From Camelus ferus (taxonomy: Eukaryota): a stretch of 64,000 nucleotides of DNA. Of the stretch, positions 14,612 to 28,471 are shown piece after piece. The stretch is from positions 12,278,001 through 12,342,000 of the forward strand of contig NC_045696.1 in the NCBI RefSeq assembly GCF_009834535.1, given 5' to 3'. The notes below the pieces were generated by a model. The model made no database searches. It had not been told where the DNA came from and saw nothing but the letters and a program-made list of their open reading frames with translations. Each line of letters starts with the position of its first letter. Position 1 is the stretch's first letter. The position numbers and the translations under genes are program-made.

Positions 14612-15105
14612 TTTTTTTTTTTTTATTAAAATTTACAATGTTGTGTTAGTTTCCAGTGTACAGCAAAGTGATTGTTTTTTTTATATATATATGTATTTTT
14701 TTATATATATATACATTCTTTTTCAGATTCTTTACCATTATAGGTTATTACAAGGTATTGAATATAGTTCCCTGTGTTATACAGTAGGTCCTGTTGTTTA
14801 TCTATTTTATATATACTAGTATGTTAATCCCAAATTAATCCTAAATTCCTAATTTATCCCTCTGTCCCTTCTCCCTTTGGAAACCATAAGTTTGTTTACT
14901 AAATCTGTAAGTCTATTTTTGTCTTGTAGATAAATTTATTTGCATCATTTTTTTAGATTCCACATGTAAGTGGTAATATATTGTTCCTGCCTTTCTCTAT
15001 CTGACTTACTTCACTTAGTATGATAATCTCTGGACTCCTCCATGTTGCCACAAATGGCATTATTTGATTCTTTTTATGGCTGAATAGTATTCCATTATAT
15101 GTATA
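14612..15105 (-). mobile_element. LINE-1 3' end (3' UTR and ORF2 terminus), cetartiodactyl type
   Basis: Poly(T) then tttacaatgttgtgttagtttccagtgtacagc ... ctgacttacttcacttagtatgataatctc; homologous in reverse to the L1 at 3501-4642. Confidence 0.9.
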
Positions 15106-15239
15106 CATGTATTTATATTTATATATATTTATATTTACTTTTACATGTATATATATTTATAAACAGACACTATACATGTATATTAGTGTATATATACACA
15201 TCTGTATATGTAAACACACAAACACAAACACACACACAG

Positions 15240-15643
15240 GTTTATAATAATTTGCAATGCAAGATAAAACAATGAGCAAAACATAAAATTTCCCCGGGAC
15301 AAAAAGCAACAAATTACATATATTATTATATTACATACAAGAATTTAGTATATGATAAAATGGTACTTCAAACCACTGGGAAGCATGAATTATCTGACAG
15401 ATGATCTTGTAAAATTGAATAGTTTTATTTAGGAAAAAATTATTAGATTTACATGTCTTACTATGCAATCAAGTACATGTAAATTTTTTTAAACTTACTT
15501 AGGAGAATTTATATATTTATGTGATCTGTTCACAGACTAGGTTATTCCTGAAGAAGGAAGGGAGGAAGGAAAGAAAGAGAGAAAGAGAGAAAGAGAGAAA
15601 GAGAGAAAGAGAGAAAGAGAGAAAGAGAGAAAGAGAGAAAGAG

Positions 15644-15706
<63 letters not shown>

Positions 15707-16600
15707 GAAAGGAAAGGAAAGGAAAGGAAAGGAAAGGAAAGGAAAGGAAAGGAAAGGAGGAAGGAAGGAAGGTAGGTTAAAAGGCCACCTATTTTTTTTT
15801 AATTTAAGCATTTGTTTATTAATAAAATTACATTAAAATTAAAAGGCAATTAAAAAATGGGAAGATTATCTTCACTATAGAGGCAGACTGTTTTTAATCT
15901 ATAAAAAATTTTACAAACCTATTTGAAAAGCAAGTAAGAAACCCAATACTAAAATGGTAAAATATAATGAATATACAGTTCCTGGAAGTAAAAATTTAAA
16001 TATTTGATCAATATATTAAAAACTTCCAATTTTACTTTTGATCAAAAATATGAATTAAAGTAACCGTAGATCAAAAATGATTATAGTCTTTCAAATATTA
16101 ACACATGATAATAACATCATATTTGGAAGCATATAGAACAAAAATATTATCATACATAATACACTTTTTTCAAACACTTCTAGTTTTAGAAATTTACTTT
16201 AATTATGAATATGAGGTAAGTTTTATACAAAGTGATTATCTATTTATTGTTTATGTGAGTGAAACATTGTAAGCAATCTACAAGCTCAAAAATAATGAAA
16301 TAATTTAAAATCACCTACAAAATCATTACATGAGAGCAGACCATATAGTCATTGAAACAACATTACAGACGTGTGCATGGAAAAATATTAACTTAAAATG
16401 TGCCTAATCCAACAGCATACATAGAATGTTTTTACTTAGAAATGTATGCATGCAAATATATGTATACCTGCACAAATACACATACATATTCTAGTGCAAG
16501 GCATAAACTGTGGTTTTTGTGTTGTAGAATTCAGGCTGTATCTTGTGTGCGTGTGTCATTTTTCTGGTGTTTTGCAATTGTTCCACAATGAACACTTATT
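15240..16600 (+). mobile_element. Very old L1 (L1M/L1ME-type) ORF2 3' region, interrupted by a purine microsatellite
   Basis: A-rich degenerate matches to L1 ORF2 and 3' UTR (aatttagtatatgataaaatggtacttcaaaccactggg; acccaatactaaaatggtaaaatatatgaatatacagttc). Confidence 0.55.
15550..15772. repeat. Compound polypurine microsatellite: GAGA/GAAA mix, (GAAA)n, (GGAAA)n, (GGAA)n
   Basis: 223 consecutive purines on the + strand. Confidence 0.97.
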
Positions 16601-17899
16601 AATTTTGTCATCAGAAATAAATTCAGTACAGTGCAGAAAGGTCTATGCTTTGAGGCATTTCCTTGGCCTCTGTCCTCAGGCTAAACTGAAAATGTGAAGG
16701 ATGTTTGTATTGGCAGATTGAGATCTGAATTGTGCACACAAAGGTAGGAAAAGGTGGAAATAATGTTGATCCAAATGTCTTTGTGGGAAAGGGATAAATT
16801 GTGGCGTGAGACATGCCTTCAAAGTTAATTAGGTAATTATTAGCCTAAAGAAGCAAAAGGTCAAAGTTGCATAGTTTTAGAGATAAAGCTTGAAAGACTC
16901 ATTAAAAGGAAATGAACACAGGAAGTTCCAGAGCTAAGCCATGAGTCCCTGGTTCTTATAATTGAAAAGGTCATCTTCTGATCTTTTTAGCTCATGTTTC
17001 TCCATCCAAGATGGCGAGGAAGAAAAGTCTGTTACTGCTTCCCAAAGAGAGACAGGAAAGGTAATGTAGGAGTAAAGAGTTTTAAAATTGACTAATGTTT
17101 CCTAATTACATTTAGTGAAAACGTTCAGTTTTCAAAATCAAAGAAGCAAAGGCATACGAATTTGAGACTGATTAAAAAGGAGATAGCTGTCAAAACCATA
17201 CTGAATCCTCTGGGTGACTGAAGAATGGTAGGGACGATAACAAAAATTAATAATGATAATACTTTTAAAGGAGACAGAAGTGTCAGAGGCAGAGGTCATT
17301 TCAAGAGAAGAAATGATGAATGTGGTTTAGTTTGTGTTGATTAAGAATGTCTGTGAAGAGCTGTCCAAAAGACACCTTAAAATTAGGTTTAGAGGAGATA
17401 TTAGGGCAGGAAGCTATTCACACCAACCTGCCTACTGACAGCAATGAGCATGAATAGAAAAAGTGTGGAAAAGAGAAGAAAAGAAAGTCTAGGACAGACT
17501 GATCTGAACTTTGGCATACTCTTGGAAACTAATGGATCAAAGACTGGGGAATCCTCAGAGAGCTTCTAGAGACAGAAATGAGGGAAGATAATTGTAGAGA
17601 CTATAGAGCAGCTTTGAAAAAGCTATTGAAAAAGTAAACATAAAATGAAGAAAACTATTTTTAAAAAACAGTGAGGACCCATATGAGAGGTTCAGCACAA
17701 ATTTGCAGAGACCAAATCAAGATAGTTTTAAGGTAATAGCTGAAAAACGTATGAAACTCACAAAAAAGGAGCAGATAAAATGTTTTTAAGTTGAGAGATT
17801 ATCCAGGACTGAATGCTGGTAACTGAAGAGCAGTAAAATGTCAAGGAGTTTAACATGATGTCTTAGAAAAAATAATCAAATAAACATATTCAAATACTG

Positions 17900-18066
17900 A
17901 TGAGTGTGACCTTGAACCCCACATCTTTTTGAGTGTCATGTTTCTTTCTATGTAAAATAGAGAGGTGAGTTGTCAGTTTGCACATTTGTTTTGAAAGGTT
18001 AATAGAATAAAAATACAGAAAATCTAAATTATGCTATAGGACACATGTTATTCAATAAATGTTACT
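17900..18066 (+). mobile_element. MIR SINE fragment
   Basis: gtgtgaccttgaac ... tgtaaaatagagagg ... ttcaataaatgttac. Confidence 0.55.
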
Positions 18067-18137
18067 TCCTTTCAAGGATATAGATACTATTCTCAGATTA
18101 ACTACAAATAATGAAATTGATGAAAACCTCCAATGCT

Positions 18138-19450
18138 TGTTCATTCATCCATCCAACAGATACTTTCTGAGAATCCATTGGGTGGCAAAGTATGGTCAAT
18201 TAGGCAAGAAAGCAAATGACCCTACACATTCTTCTGGCAAGGAAAGGCAGGTAATCAATAAGTAAAGACAAATATCACATAGAGAAAAGTACAGTTTGGA
18301 GAAATAAAATGAGATAGGTTTATAGAGTGTGCCCTGGTGATTTAGATTGGATTGTCAGGAATGCTTCTCCAAAGAGGTGTAGGAAGAAGGGATCAACCAA
18401 CCATATGAAGATTAAGAGGAAGTGTACTCCAAGCAAGGTCAACAGCCAGATTAAAGACACTAGAAAAGGGATGATCTTGGCATGCCCAAGGAACCCAGAA
18501 CAGGATTAGTTCAGCTAAGGGTGACCAGTGCATGATGAGAAAAGTGGTCCCAGAGGAGAGAAGTCAGAGGGTCTGGATCATGTAAGCTTGGTAAGCCACA
18601 CAAAGATGTATGGCTTTTAGTCCATGTGAAATGGGACATTGTTGGAGTACTATACGCAACCCTGGATAATAATCTGATTTGCATTTTTACAAGATCCCTC
18701 TGGCTACTAGATGAAGAATGAATTATTGATGGGCAAAAGCAAGAGACAAATCAGGCCATTGTGATCATATTCAGAGGCAAGATGAAAGCTACTTGGACAC
18801 AAGATGGCAGAAGTAGGGATATAGAGTGGATAAACTGAAGCTATGTCATTGGGGCAAGCTTAATAGAACCTGCTACCTCATGCACTTGAGGAAAAGAGAA
18901 GAGTCAAGGATAATACATGGATTACTGTTGGATAGAAGTGAGTGCATACCTAGGTGCCAATTAACGTGATCAGAAAGAAGAAAGTTGGGAGGTGGAGAGG
19001 AAAGGGTGGATGAGAAGAGAAAAGATGTTAAGAAGACAGTTGGATACGCAGAACTTGAGAAATTGGAGGGGAGATTTTAAAACAGTCAGCAACGTAGATG
19101 GAATTTCAAACCAGAGGATTAAATGAGATCTCTAAGGGACCGTGGGTAGAAAGAGGAGAAACAAGAGCTCAGCATTCCTCCTGGCACATGCCAACATTTC
19201 CAGGTCACACAGAAAAAGAGTCTGTGAAGGAAATGGGGAGAGGAGAACAAAAAAGGAGAAAGAAACTCAGAAAAGTGTGGAGTCAGGCAAGCCAAGAGGG
19301 GAAGGAGTTTCCAGAAGGAAGAAGTGGTCACTCTTGTCCAATGTTAGAAATAAAATGTCTAAAATAATTTTTTAAATGTGGGTCTATTGAATGTGGCAGC
19401 ATGGAAATCGTAGATGACCTTGATAAGAATAGTCACTGTGGAAGTTAGGG
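18138..19450 (-). mobile_element. LINE-2 3' region
   Basis: Begins with the L2 tail ttcattcatccatccaacagatac, followed by GA-rich L2 body motifs (tttttacaagatccctctggct; gatgaccttgataagaatagt). Confidence 0.8.
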
Positions 19451-19699
19451 ACTTCTCCAAATAAGATTTTTGCATATTTTTATCAAACATTCACATCCTA
19501 AGCATTCACCCACTGTATTAAATACCATTAAAAGGGTAACTTAAATACTATATTTATTTTATTTATACAATTAACTAAACATAAATTTGCTTAAGTTTTT
19601 AAAATGCAATTGCATCTAACTATTTTTTCTTTTATTTTCTTTTTTGCTTCCCTAGCTTTCACAGAATATCAACTTTCCTCTGCCATAAAGTAATTCACA

Positions 19700-20335
19700 G
19701 GGCATCCCAGTAGTTACCTTTCTGTATCTTTTCTGAGCCTACATAATCCCTATTTATGCATATAGATGCATACGAGTATACAGAAATATACAGGAGCTTT
19801 TTCTTTGTCTTGAGGGTTTTTTTGTTTTTTTTTTGCCTAGGTAGAATCGTACCATAAATACATTCTGAATCTTGCTTACCTAACATTTTACTGAAGCCCT
19901 AAGTCAACTGGTATAACTCAAATATGTAATTTTTAATGGTTACATAATATTCCAGATGTCAATTTGCCATAGTTACTTTAACCATTCCCTTACTGATGGA
20001 CATTAACTTTGTTTTCAAACACACAATGATTAACAGTGGCAAAATGCTCTAATACCACATTATTGCAATTCTCTTTATTTGAATTTTCAAGTCTTTTCTA
20101 CCGTTTTATTTCTATAAAAATATTCTGCTGAACATTTACACATGATTGTATATTTCATATGTCTCTTATTCTTTGATTAGGAAAGATTCTTAGATACAAA
20201 TTTAACTGGCTAGGAGACAAGAAACTTTTTGAGAAATCTTGATAAGTAGTGAAAAATTTCTTTGCAGAAGATTGGAAATTTTTATTCCCACAGAGTATAT
20301 GAGAGTGCCAAGGTCATTGCACCTTGGCAGAAGTA
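19700..20335 (-). mobile_element. Old L1 (L1ME-type) 3' fragments
   Basis: ttactttaaccattcccttactgatggacatt and ttttattcccacagagtatatgagagtgcc. Confidence 0.55.
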
Positions 20336-21714
20336 CTCATCTGAATATTACCTAAAGTAGTTATGCGGCCAATAAAGGTAGAAGACATATAATACTAGCA
20401 GAGCCCTGGCCAATTTGGACAAAGCAATCTTTGGCTAGGATTCTTCTAACCTATTTTTGTGTTGACATGGTTACTTTTAATAAATAAATGTCCAGAAAAG
20501 AAACCAAGGCACGTGGGCCATAGTTCATTGGATAGGCAACAAATCCTTGTTGAATAAATTAATTTTTGTCCAAACTATGGGTTTCCGATTTTCTTGCACC
20601 TTTCCAATCTGTAACAGGCATTTCCTTTCTAAACACTTATAGACTGAAGTAATGTGTGTGAAGGTCTGGTGGAAACAAAGTTGTTGGGTGTCAATTTATA
20701 ACAGTGTTGAACCCAGGAGAAAGACAATTTTGATTCCTACTTATCATTCTCCTATGGCATGTTTGCCTAAAAGGCATTCGTTTTGTTTTCCAGCTTATAC
20801 CCTGTATCCTAACCAAAATACAATTTTCCATTACATCTGTGAGAGTCTATGAAGAAGGCATGGTTACATGCCTTCCCTGGATGTTGGGCTCAGAATAAAG
20901 TTTCAGCCACCAAATCTCCTTAAAAGATAGCACCCTAGATGAACTCTGCAGAAAAGTTTGTTTTAAAGAGGGTTGTGTGGAGTTAACAGGCATTTATTTA
21001 GAAGACAAGATAAACTCTGTTGAGTTAGGCGTTTTGAAATTTCTGACCATTTTGCAGCCTTTCTTTTCAAAATTGGGAGATCTGGAAGCTCTTCTTTCCT
21101 GTGGCAAACACTATTATGCTTTAAAAAAAAAAAAAAAACAGAACATATTTGCATGGGTAACATAATTCCTTAGTGGAAATAGTTATTTAATAATCACAAT
21201 CTGGTTTTAGATAATTTCTGCTTTTGAGAAAATGCAATTTAGTGATCATTAGAGTACTTAGCTCAAGGATAAACCTTAGCATAGTGCATTTAAGTAGACC
21301 AGTTGTAAAATCTTTAGGGGATAAATATAATCATGTTCCAGACATGCTCACTATGCAGACATAAGGTGATTTTTACATCAATAGATGACATCATGATAGG
21401 CCTCATTTAAAAAGAGTAATAACTTAGTGACGACTACATGTATTCCCGCTATACTATTTGCATTGTACTAATTTAATCTCACCCATTAATTGATGGTGCT
21501 GACATTTTAGCCAGTCCTGAGCACAAGAAACAGATGACGTATGTATGATCTAAATGCATCACATCAAAATGACTACTTGGGTTGTATTCAGAGGAGTTGA
21601 AATAATTTAATACTATCCACCATGCCAGAGTCATATTATAATAGGCAGCATAGTAGATACCCAAAAAATGTTTTTTGAATGAATAAAGGAAAACATTAAT
21701 ATACCTACAGTTTA

Positions 21715-21985
21715 TAAGCTGCTTTCATTTCTATTTTTCATCTATCTTTGACAGGTAATGATCTAGGTTTTAAGGATACCAAAAATGGATAAGACATAGT
21801 AACTCTTTTCTAAGAACTAGCTTAATTCCAAACTGCGATGCAGGTATTACAGAGCTGTTTTTACAAGGGCTGAAAAAAGGTTGACTGTGATGAAATGAAG
21901 GGCCCAAGTCACAGAATACTAAGTGGGGATCTTAGGGCCAACATCCAGGCATTGAAACTAGATCCAGTATGCTTTGCACCGTCTC
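21715..21985 (-). mobile_element. MIR SINE (degenerate)
   Basis: gcccaagtcacagaatactaagtgggg ... ccagtatgctttgcacc. Confidence 0.4.
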
Positions 21986-22509
21986 TAATAGTCTTCCAAA
22001 TGACTATCTTTTTTTATGTGGCCAGCCCCATCAGACTTAATCACAAGCTTAAAAACAGCTTTTTCAGGTGATCTTTCCAATTCATTGGTGATTTGTCCTT
22101 TTATCCATTTACATGCATGCATATGTATTTCTGTGTATGTGTCCCATATGTATACATGTCTATGAATCTGATTCTACTTGATACTAACACAATTGCTTGG
22201 AGAGTGAAAAATTCTGCTACCTGTGTGTTTGGTCTATTTGAAAACAATCAGATTGACCATATTTTGCATTAAATCTGCAAGTTCTTTTGGTGAACATATA
22301 TAGTGTATGTGGTAACTCTAGGCTGCATAATAAAGCTTACTTTTTTTGAAAGAGACATTTACATCCAAATAACAGTTTCTTTCAAAGAAGTTCCTATCAA
22401 AGGCTATATCATTGCATGCCATGAATAATGCCATTATTCAAAATACTAATAAATGTTCTATTTCTAGTTTTCTTCATATCATCTTACATTTGTAAGTCTC
22501 TTGATGTTT

Positions 22510-22660
22510 TAAAAACTCTTTTATTTAGTTACTATCTCATTTAGTCCTCACCATATTTTTTTTTCAGTTTATGGTAAATACAATTACTCAGTTTTGAAAA
22601 ACTAAGAAATGAAGGATTGGAGAATTTAAGTGACTTGCTCAAGATCACAAAACTCATAAA
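22510..22660 (-). mobile_element. MIR SINE
   Basis: tatctcatttagtcctcacca ... aagtgacttgctcaagatcaca. Confidence 0.65.
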
Positions 22661-22704
22661 AAACACAAACAATGATTTTCTTTTAGGTTTTTAAACTGCA
22701 ATTT

Positions 22705-22952
22705 GAAGGCACTATATTGTAAAAACTACAAGGATGGGCTTTAGAACAAGAACAGACTAGGGTTGGAATTTACTTCTCTTTCTTACTGGCTTTTATTCTG
22801 TTTGTTTGTTTGTTTGTTTGTTTGTTTGTTTTCTAGGTTTTGGTCTCACCTATAAGATGTAGATCATGAGTACAACTTCACAAAATTGTTGTGACAATTG
22901 AATGAGATAATACATAGATCCTGGCTGATTATCAGCACTAAATAAACAGTAA
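22705..22952 (+). mobile_element. MIR SINE containing a (TTTG)n microsatellite at 22799-22831
   Basis: gggctttagaacaagaacagactagggttggaat ... ttgttgtgacaattgaatgagataatacat. Confidence 0.65.
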
Positions 22953-24599
22953 GTTTCATAAATTATGAAAACTGAGATGCTCTTTGCAGTAAACTACCCT
23001 AAAATCAATCTTAGTGCTTTATAATCATACTATATTTTTTTTTCACCAAACTTACCTTATTCACTATTTGGAATAAAATCATTTTTGGCTGTTTCAGAAA
23101 TTAAATTCACTGTTCAAATTATAAAAAAGAGTAATAATATCATCAATGATGACATTTAAAAAGAAGACATTAAAAGATCCAAAGGTATTTCATGCAATGA
23201 TCCTTTATGTCTTGTTATACTGAGAGAAGGTGAGGAATTATTTTTAATGCTTTTTAAATTTTCTGATGATTTTATTGACTTTTTAAAATTACTTTTACAA
23301 TTTAACCTTATTAGAATAAAAATAAGCTCTTTTCCAATCTTTACAGCTAGAGAAAGTATTCATGGTTCTAAGTAAAAGCATGGTGTGGCTATAATTTAAA
23401 AGGAAATGATCTTGAAATCATTTCACGGTGCCTTGTCATATCATGGGATTAACTCTTAGTTACATCACTTTGTTCAAGTATTTAACCTCCTACGACTTGG
23501 CCTTGGTAACTCCCTGTCCTGTTTGTGTGCATTTTCTACTCTACTAGACTCCAGCACCCAAATAACTAACCCCATGGATCACATTTCCTTTGCTTCTCCC
23601 ACTGCTCCTGGCACAACACTATCAATTGCTCAATAAACACATGTTAAACAAGATTATATAAGTTTAATTTTAAATGTGTCGGAAACATGCCAGATGCCAG
23701 AAAAGTAAAAGATCCCCTTCATCCAATTAATGTATATACAGTTAAGTCTGATTCCACTATAAAACCCATAGGTCAGTGCATATTTATCTCTTTGTAACAC
23801 AGAGTAGCATTTAAAATAAACAGAGAAAGTTTTTTTTTAACCATCACCAAGATATGTACAAAATAAATTTACCGTGGTGGGAGCTTAGATCATTCTGGAT
23901 AATTGTCACAGGTTTACAAATCCACAGCACAAGAGAAATTTGATATGTATAAGCAGAAATTTTTAGAAAGTGTAAAATACAGAAGTTTCAGCCCACTTGC
24001 ACTGAAGTTGTGATTCCCATGCCCCAGAAAGATGCAAAGAAAAAATTACCAAAAACTATGGAAGATGAAAAGGACGTTAGGTTGATTTTCTTTTAAGACA
24101 CTTTCTTTTAAGACACATAGCCGTGTGTCTATGTTGTAGATAGTCACAAACAATAAAATGTAAAATGAAGAAATAAATGTTTTTATTTTGAGGGCATTGT
24201 CAAGCAGTATGATGTTGTTTCCTGAAATTAAATGCTTTCCAAATCTGAAACTTATCATTCAAGTGCCCAGTTTTTACTGTCTCATAGCCATTGTGGTGAA
24301 AAGCTTTATCAACTGAATTCAACACTTCCATAGACAGTGCTTACCAAACATAAATTATCCTTTCATTGATGGCAACAACATAGTAATAAGCATTAACTCT
24401 TATACTTGTTTTTCGTATTAAATCACCCCTCTTCCTCTTTGGAATTCAGCCCTTTCTTCTTGATTTCTTTATGAATGTTCAAATGGAAACCTTTTCTATT
24501 TTCTGTTCCTTTTCTGTTACTGATTGAGAAAAATATGATTATGATTCTTATAATTGTGACTTAGGTAAAAGTAAGTATATATTAGATAAAGACTTTAGT

Positions 24600-25530
24600 G
24601 AATTTCTCATGGAGTAAAACACATGATTTAAGTATATGAAAAAGTTTGTGCCATTTATTGAGATGTGAAGGGCTAAGTAGGAATAAATTTAGAGAAGGTG
24701 ACAGTTAATCATTTGGTTTTAGACATTTGGTTTTAGACATTTTTATTCTTTCATATCCAAGGGGAGATGTTGACTGGGTGGGTTAGTAAATAAATCTTGG
24801 ACTTAAAAGCTGTGGGATAAGGTGAGATTATCTGGGAGTGGTGTTAGATTTATTTTTTAAAGAGTACTGAGATTTGATGCCCTCCAACATTGCATCATCA
24901 AGGAGAGGAATGGGATACAAATGAAACTGAAAGTTTCATGGAGGTCACTGGGGCTTTGATCAGGGCAGTTTAGATGGAATTTGGGGGAAAAAGTCTGACT
25001 TAAGTAGATTCAAGTAAAAGGGAGAAAAATTAGAGTCAGTGAGTATATATAACACCCATAAGGAAATTTGTTTTTCAAAGAAATCTGAGAAATGGGTCAA
25101 TAATTGGACAGAAAAGTAGAACCAATGGAGGATTTTTTAAAAAGATAGGAATGATTCCAGGATGTTTGTATATTGATAGAAATGACCCAATAGAGAGAAA
25201 ATATTGATGATACAGGAAAGAGAGAAAATTATTTTATAGGGAGAGTGAAGAAAGGAAGATGTTAAGAACCAGTTGTAAGTTTCTGGCTTGTGTAACTTCA
25301 TGGATAATAGAGATATTTACCAAAACAGGAAACAATGGAAGACAACAGACATGTAAAAAAGATCATGAGTTCATTTTGGAAAATATTAAGTTGAAGGAAC
25401 TTTTGAGTCACCTAAGAGTACCAAGTAGGCAGTATGAATCTTAGAAGAGAAATAAGACCTAAAGAGATAGATTTTAAGTCATCTGCACTGGGTGATAATT
25501 AAAGCCAAGAGTAAAGGCAAAATATTCAAT
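24600..25530 (-). mobile_element. LINE-2 fragments
   Basis: gtgccatttattgagatg, gaggtcactggggctttgatcagggcagtttag and aagtttctggcttgtgtaact. Confidence 0.6.
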
Positions 25531-25689
25531 GTCCTCTTAATTATTTGAGATTAGAAGATGTCTTACATCCATGCACTTATTGCTCCAATTTGATGAATAA
25601 GGAACCATATCTTAAGCTCTTGCTTTTAATGCTCAGTACATAGTATTCTTGTATATTTAGGATTTTTAAATTCTACAAGTAGGCAATGT

Positions 25690-25822
25690 TAACATTCCTT
25701 TATAGATGAGGAAACAAAAGCTCACAGAAATTTGTCTTAGGGCCATACCAAGTCCAAAGCAGTAGAGCTGCTATTAAACTTAGATCTATCTGGACCAAAT
25801 GTCTATGCTTTCCTTCCACTCC
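25690..25822 (-). mobile_element. MIR SINE fragment
   Basis: tttatagatgaggaaacaaaagctcacagaaa core. Confidence 0.65.
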
Positions 25823-25911
25823 ATGACCTGTGGGAGTTTTTGTTAGCCTTGAATATTTTAGTTACTTCCTAACTGGTCTCTCAACCTCCCAGAATTTTCT
25901 CCTCTATTCTT

Positions 25912-26075
25912 GGAGTTCTTAAGCTTTCTTGTGGCTAAGGATCACTTTCGGAGCACTGCACCTCCCAGATAAAAATTATAGTAGATAATCTGCATATTTA
26001 ATAAGCATCCTCCTGTGATTCTGCTGCAGGTGGTCTGTGGATCACGATATGCATCCGAGTTTTTGAGTGGTGGCT
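25912..26075. mobile_element. MER5A-like hAT transposon fragment
   Basis: aatctgcatatttaataagcatcctcctgtgattctgctgcaggtggtctgtggatcac. Confidence 0.6.
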
Positions 26076-28471
26076 ACATTTATCTTCTTAAAGAAAAACT
26101 AACTCATGTCACTTGTTTGATTAATAATTCATAAGTACTCCAGGCCCTCTGTGACATGTCCTGGATCTACTTTTCAAGCCTAACTCTCTAAACCAGCCAC
26201 ACCATTTGTGTCCCTCTTCCTGGATAACCTCTTTCCCACTCACGCACATTTGCACCTGCCCTTCGCCACTGTTAGGCATCCTGTCTCCTCCTGCTCCCTT
26301 ACCTCCATATTTACTGAAAGCAACTCTAAAGGTATGGTTTAATTCAAGTTTACTTTAGTTAGAAATAAGACTTTTTCCTCGTTTCTCTAGTTGTACCTAC
26401 TGCATGATTTATATCTTGAGTTACCGTTTATGTAACTGTCTCACCCAACACGTGACTATCGTCATGTTTCTTTGAATTTCCCACAGCAGTTTCTCAAGCA
26501 CAAGTACACATTAGGGATGAGCACTATGTGTTGGTGAAATTAGTAAGTAAGACGGAGAGTAAGCTACTAAAGACCTTATTCCAACTAGGAGTTGAGGAGG
26601 CAAGTTAAATATTGAAAAGGAGCTTAAGAAAAAATGCATCTACCTCATAATCAGGTTTTATACACACTCAGCATATAGATATAGATGAATTAGGAAAAGA
26701 TCTGTCCACTATAAACTAATATTAAAATAAAAATCACAAACAGAAGTTTCCTATGCATTTTCCCCAAGAGTCATTGTTGCAAATAAGCAATTAAATCAGG
26801 TAAAAGTACCAGAGGTAGTACCTGTCAGATCTCCCTTATTACAACCTCATTGGAGACCAAGACTTAAAAGTAGAATCAAAAAAAGGTATGCAGACAGTGA
26901 AGATAAAACCAATAGCTGAAAGCAAGTAGTTACAATCCAAATACAAATGCACATCTTAACAAATTAGTTTTGCAGAAGAGTTCAGGTTTTCCCACTTCCT
27001 TGGCAACTGAAGAAGGTTGTGATGTTAACTATGTGGACATCTGCATTTGCGGAATAATCTCTTTCTTTAAAAACTAGAATAAACACTGCAATATTACTAT
27101 AATAGGTCTAGAATACGCTATTCCTTAACAAAATGAAATGAAAGTAATGAAATAAAAGTTTTAATATGTGAATTATCTAGAGTTTAATGGCTAGAAAAGA
27201 TGAAATCTTTTTCTTTTTTTCTTTTCTTTAGAAGAAAAGTGAAAAGACCTCATTAATGGCAGGAGTTTCCTGCAGTTTATACAATGTGGGTGTTCTGGGC
27301 CCTAGAATCATCACAACTGTCTCTATGCTCTTAGGAGATCTTTATTATTGCTGTTCTTAGGTTGAATTTGGTTCTTGCTTAAGGACATGTTTTGTTCATA
27401 GTCTGTAGAACACAGGCATGAATACCAAGAATTAGCCAAAACAAATTTCAGATGATAAAACATTACTATTTCCCCAACTAGAATGGTTTTAAACTGAAAA
27501 AAGACAAAAGTCAGCCATGCAAAATCAAAATTTAAAAAGTATTTGGTATAATTTAATACTGAATGATTCTAGACATTTCTTTTTCTTTTCTGCCTTTAAA
27601 AAAAATCTCCAAACTGGAGTATCTTTCACTACCTAGTAGTCACAACACTCAGTCTGCCACTTTGTAGTATGTGCTGAATCTGATTTAAAAGTTGTGGTTG
27701 GTTGTTTTCAAATGCTAAGTTTTATTTTAACAAGGTCAGGATTACCTATCCCTTGTCAGGCACATGGGTACAGGAAACTACATGTAAGAATTGTTCAACT
27801 GTTTAATACATTTCAGTTTGGGTTGTTTTATGTGATACAAGACAAAACGTATCTGAAAATTAGGAAAGACAGGCAATAATACAAGAAATACTTGTCTTTA
27901 AGCTGCTGTGTTTGTCTGTTTAGATTTTTTTGACCTTTTGTTTTTTTTGTATTTTTTTGTCTTTTTGCTTTTTGGTATTTTTTTGTTTTCTTGTATTTGT
28001 CTTGTAGTTGTCTTCTAAAAAGCATCTCCCAATACTTTCTCTCTCTCTTTCAGAAATAAAGGGTAGGATGGGTAATTACAAGCAGCTCAATGGCTTATTG
28101 ATTCTCACAGGGACTCAAAGTTAGCAACAGAAATTTAACATTATTACTGTTTACAAAGTACCGCCTTGGGGTGAAAATATATTTTCCCATTCACAGACAA
28201 TGAAAGAATGTATCTAGCATGTCACCATCTATGAAATGTTTGACATCTAAAAGAAATCCTTATCCTCTGGAAGGGCAGTCCTGGAGAAGATGACAACGCG
28301 TGGCAAATTAGACATTCAGATTCATACTCGTATGGAATCTCAACTTGATTTCAGCATTTGCTTTCTCCTAGATAAATTCCATACACAAAAGTGTTTTTAA
28401 AAGTTCATAATAGCTCAGGAATTGCACATGCCAAATGATATATCAAATCAATTGAATTCAATAGGCATGGG

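Larger units (their letters stand above)
22330..23210. mobile_element. MARNA-like (Tc1/mariner) fossil split by two MIRs
   Basis: cagtttctttcaaagaagttcc...atgccattattcaaaat at the left end and ccttattcactatttgg...tttttggctgtttcagaaattaaattcac (decayed mariner YSPDL...FWLF region) at the right end. Confidence 0.55.

Noticed and set aside
15521..15811. Lys/Glu/Arg-rich and Phe/Leu/Ser-rich ORFs
   Set aside because: These are translations of the purine microsatellite.
24088..24742. Short direct repeats (tttcttttaagacac x2; catttggttttaga x2) as a possible spacer array
   Set aside because: They are isolated two-copy slippage duplications with no repeat-spacer periodicity, in a eukaryotic context.
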